From positions 180,606,001 to 180,670,000 of the forward strand of contig OZ024742.1 in assembly GCA_964016885.1 (NCBI GenBank): a stretch of DNA of 64,000 nucleotides. Reading direction: 5' to 3'. Shown here in pieces: positions 61,442 to 64,000 of this stretch. Position numbers and translations under genes: made by a program. Every line of letters starts with the position of its first letter. Within the stretch, counting starts at the first letter, position 1. The notes under the pieces were generated by a model. It made no database searches. It was given only the letters and a program-made list of their open reading frames with translations, and had not been told where the DNA came from. The DNA is from Eledone cirrhosa (Eukaryota).

Positions 61442-63139
61442 TTCTCTTCTGTGTTGAATAATTCCATCTTCAGTGGGACCTATCCTCATGACCTTCCACT
61501 AACACCATATCTATACCAAACTTTGTCTGTTGTTACAGTTCAACCTTTGTACATTTAGCTAGTCTCAGTTTAGGTTGAATCTCATAGGAGATTTCTCAAG
61601 TGCTTCAATGATAGAGGCCCCAGTCCTATTATGAAAAGACTCCCCTCTTGGATCAGATACCAGTCTATTGTAGGAGTTAATCCCCAGCTGCTGCTGTTAT
61701 TCATTTGTTTTTCAGCTGAGTGGACTAGAGCAATGTGAAAGGAAGTGTCATGCTGGCCTATCTGGAAATCAAATTCACAACCTTATGATTGTGATTCCAA
61801 CACCCTAACCACTAGGCCATGTGCTTTCATCCAGCTTAGATCCAGCTTAATGCAGACATCTGATTGCCTTAACAGACACATTTCCAGAACAACCCACTCA
61901 CAAATTAACCACAACCCACTCCACTTCCATACCAGCCACAATCTCTACTTTCAAACACCTAACAACCCCTCCACACTCAAAAATCAACCCCAACCCCTTA
62001 CTCTCAAACACCCAACAACCACCCCACTCTCAAACTCCCCAACAACTCCCACTTTCAAACCAAACACAACACCTTTTCCCCCTCTCAAACCAACCACCAC
62101 CACCATCTCCAATCTGAAACACCCAACAACCCTCCACTTTCCAACCAACCACCTAAAGAAGCCTCTCATAAAATTTGAGATCATCTGACGGGATTAAAGA
62201 AGATAGCACTAGTGAAATGTAAACTCGATACAGAGAACACTATACATATATGGAGGTCCTCAGTTGGTTTCAAAGATGAGCATTCAGTTGTTTAATTAAC
62301 TATGTGTCCCACTTGTTAACTAACATGTATGTGACTGAGTAGAGACATTTGAACAAGATGCCATATAGTAGAATTGGAATTGGGACCTTATGATTGCAGA
62401 ATGACCGTCTTAACTAGTCAGCCATTCTTGCAGCCATGGAAATATATACAATATTGTTGTTAGTGTAAGAATTGGGCATTTAGTTGTTTGATCAACTGAC
62501 AGTTTGACACTGCTCTGACCTCCATGTAGAGTCTGTCACCCGACCCCTTTTCTTTCTTCCTTTGTCTAGTAGTCCTTGCTCTTCTCCTCCTTTTCCTCTC
62601 ATTTATGGCATGTATAGTCCTTTTTCTGTATGCTTAACGTGTGAATTAATACTTAAGTAACTGAAATTCCACAGACACATGTACATATAATGTAATGTAA
62701 TGTCAAAACCAAATTATGACATGGTGTGTGACAAGGCTGATATTGAAATTACACATATAATCCAGCCAACAGGCTTCCACATAGTTTCTATCTACCAAAT
62801 TTCACTCCCAAAACTTGGGTTAACATGAAGCTATAGTAAAGACACTTGGCCAAGATGCTCTGCAATGGAATTGAACCCAAGAGCTGATGACTGAACCATG
62901 AACTACTTAAGCACTCAGACATACCTTCATCTATGAAAATATGTGTGTTGTGTGTGTTGGACCTCCTTTGGTTCTGAGGACAAGTGTTCTAGTTGTTCAA
63001 ACAATGGAACAGCTGGCTTATGAAATTAAATGGCAGAACATTCTACAGAAGTGTTCCCTTAATGTGTTTCTCAGGGAGATTCAATGTAGCCTGGTATATG
63101 ACAAAATCAACACTTTGGAATACATGTACAGCTCATATG

Positions 63140-63258
63140 TTTCCAGCTGAGTGAACTGGAGCAACATGAAATGAAGTATCTTGCTCAAGGACACCATGAA
63201 TTGAACTCAAGACCTTACAATCGTGAGCCAAATAACCAAACCACTAAGCCACACACCT
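63140..63258 (-). mobile_element. Decayed V/Meta-like tRNA SINE (similar relics near 23180, 52725, 53270, 61700)
   Basis: TCTTGCTCAAGGACAC domain plus tRNA-like head on the minus strand. Confidence 0.7.
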
Positions 63259-63779
63259 AAAGTAATTGTAAAAGATGTGGTTATTGCAATATTTACTTCC
63301 TTCTGAGAATATAACCCCTGCACATAGACAACAACAAAAACATTCTAAAGTAATCTACTAAAGGTACATATAGACTTGTAGAATACCCGAGGAAGCCAAT
63401 CACTTTACTGTGCTTTTCTCAAAGCTTGGCAACAGAGACATAACATGATTCTACAGAATCATAGCAACTTACTACACAATCACAGCAAGCTACACTGGGG
63501 AATGAATATGTTTTATAAGATTCTATTTTAGTTTGATTCTCTCAATTTTTTTTTATTGTTAAGAAAGGTGGGGGAAAATGTCGTATGGAATAAGTGGAAT
63601 GGAGAATTGTCTGGAATGGAAATTGCTGGCTTTTTGTAGAATTCTTTTCACTGCTTATTGTGAAGACATTTTACTATGAAATAAATAAATAAATAAATAA
63701 ATAGGAAGCAGAAAAGAAATCTCAATGATCCAATCAATTTTGGTGAAGGCAATAATCTGAGGAAAGATTCTTGTCTTTC

Positions 63780-64000
63780 ATTCCTCCTTTCTCTCTCACA
63801 CACTCTCTCTCTCTCTCTCTTTGTAACACTTTCCCTTATGCTCTCCCACCCTCTTTTGGGCAACTCTTTCTCTCTTTCTCTTTCTCTCTCACTCTCTCTC
63901 TCTCTTTTTCTCTAACTCTTTCCCTCATGCACTCCTACCCTGTCTCTCTCTCTCCTCTCTATCTTTTTCTCTCTCTCTCCTCTCTATCTTTTTTCTCTCT
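63780..64000. repeat. CT-rich low-complexity tract
   Basis: Directly visible. Confidence 0.9.

Noticed and set aside
61745-62188. 147-aa Pro/Thr-rich ORF
   Set aside because: Starts within a SINE relic and runs through C/A-rich low-complexity DNA

Overview
AT-rich, microsatellite-dense eukaryotic DNA. The repeat types (tRNA-derived SINEs, RTE LINEs, long (TA)n/(TATG)n tracts) point to a coleoid cephalopod, probably an octopus; this assignment is inferred. Almost all recognisable content is transposable elements: several RTE-clade LINE families (one near-intact 991-aa ORF with a PHD-type zinc finger inside the RT region), Penelope-like (GIY-YIG) remnants, a decayed Rep/Helicase Helitron plus three non-autonomous Helitrons, a truncated Gypsy element with one LTR, an R4/Dong-like RT relic, a mariner-type MITE and many SINEs. 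No host gene can be named; only isolated splice-signal candidates are seen (a 40-nt exon at 2800-2839 and an AG|GT site at 51920). The most interesting signals are at the RNA level. These are a complete minimal hammerhead ribozyme (21856-21911, minus), several decayed or half hammerheads, and a ~530-bp non-coding element carrying an HDV-like ribozyme core whose missing P1 strand lies at the element's own 3' end. All structures were folded by eye and coordinates of decayed elements are approximate.
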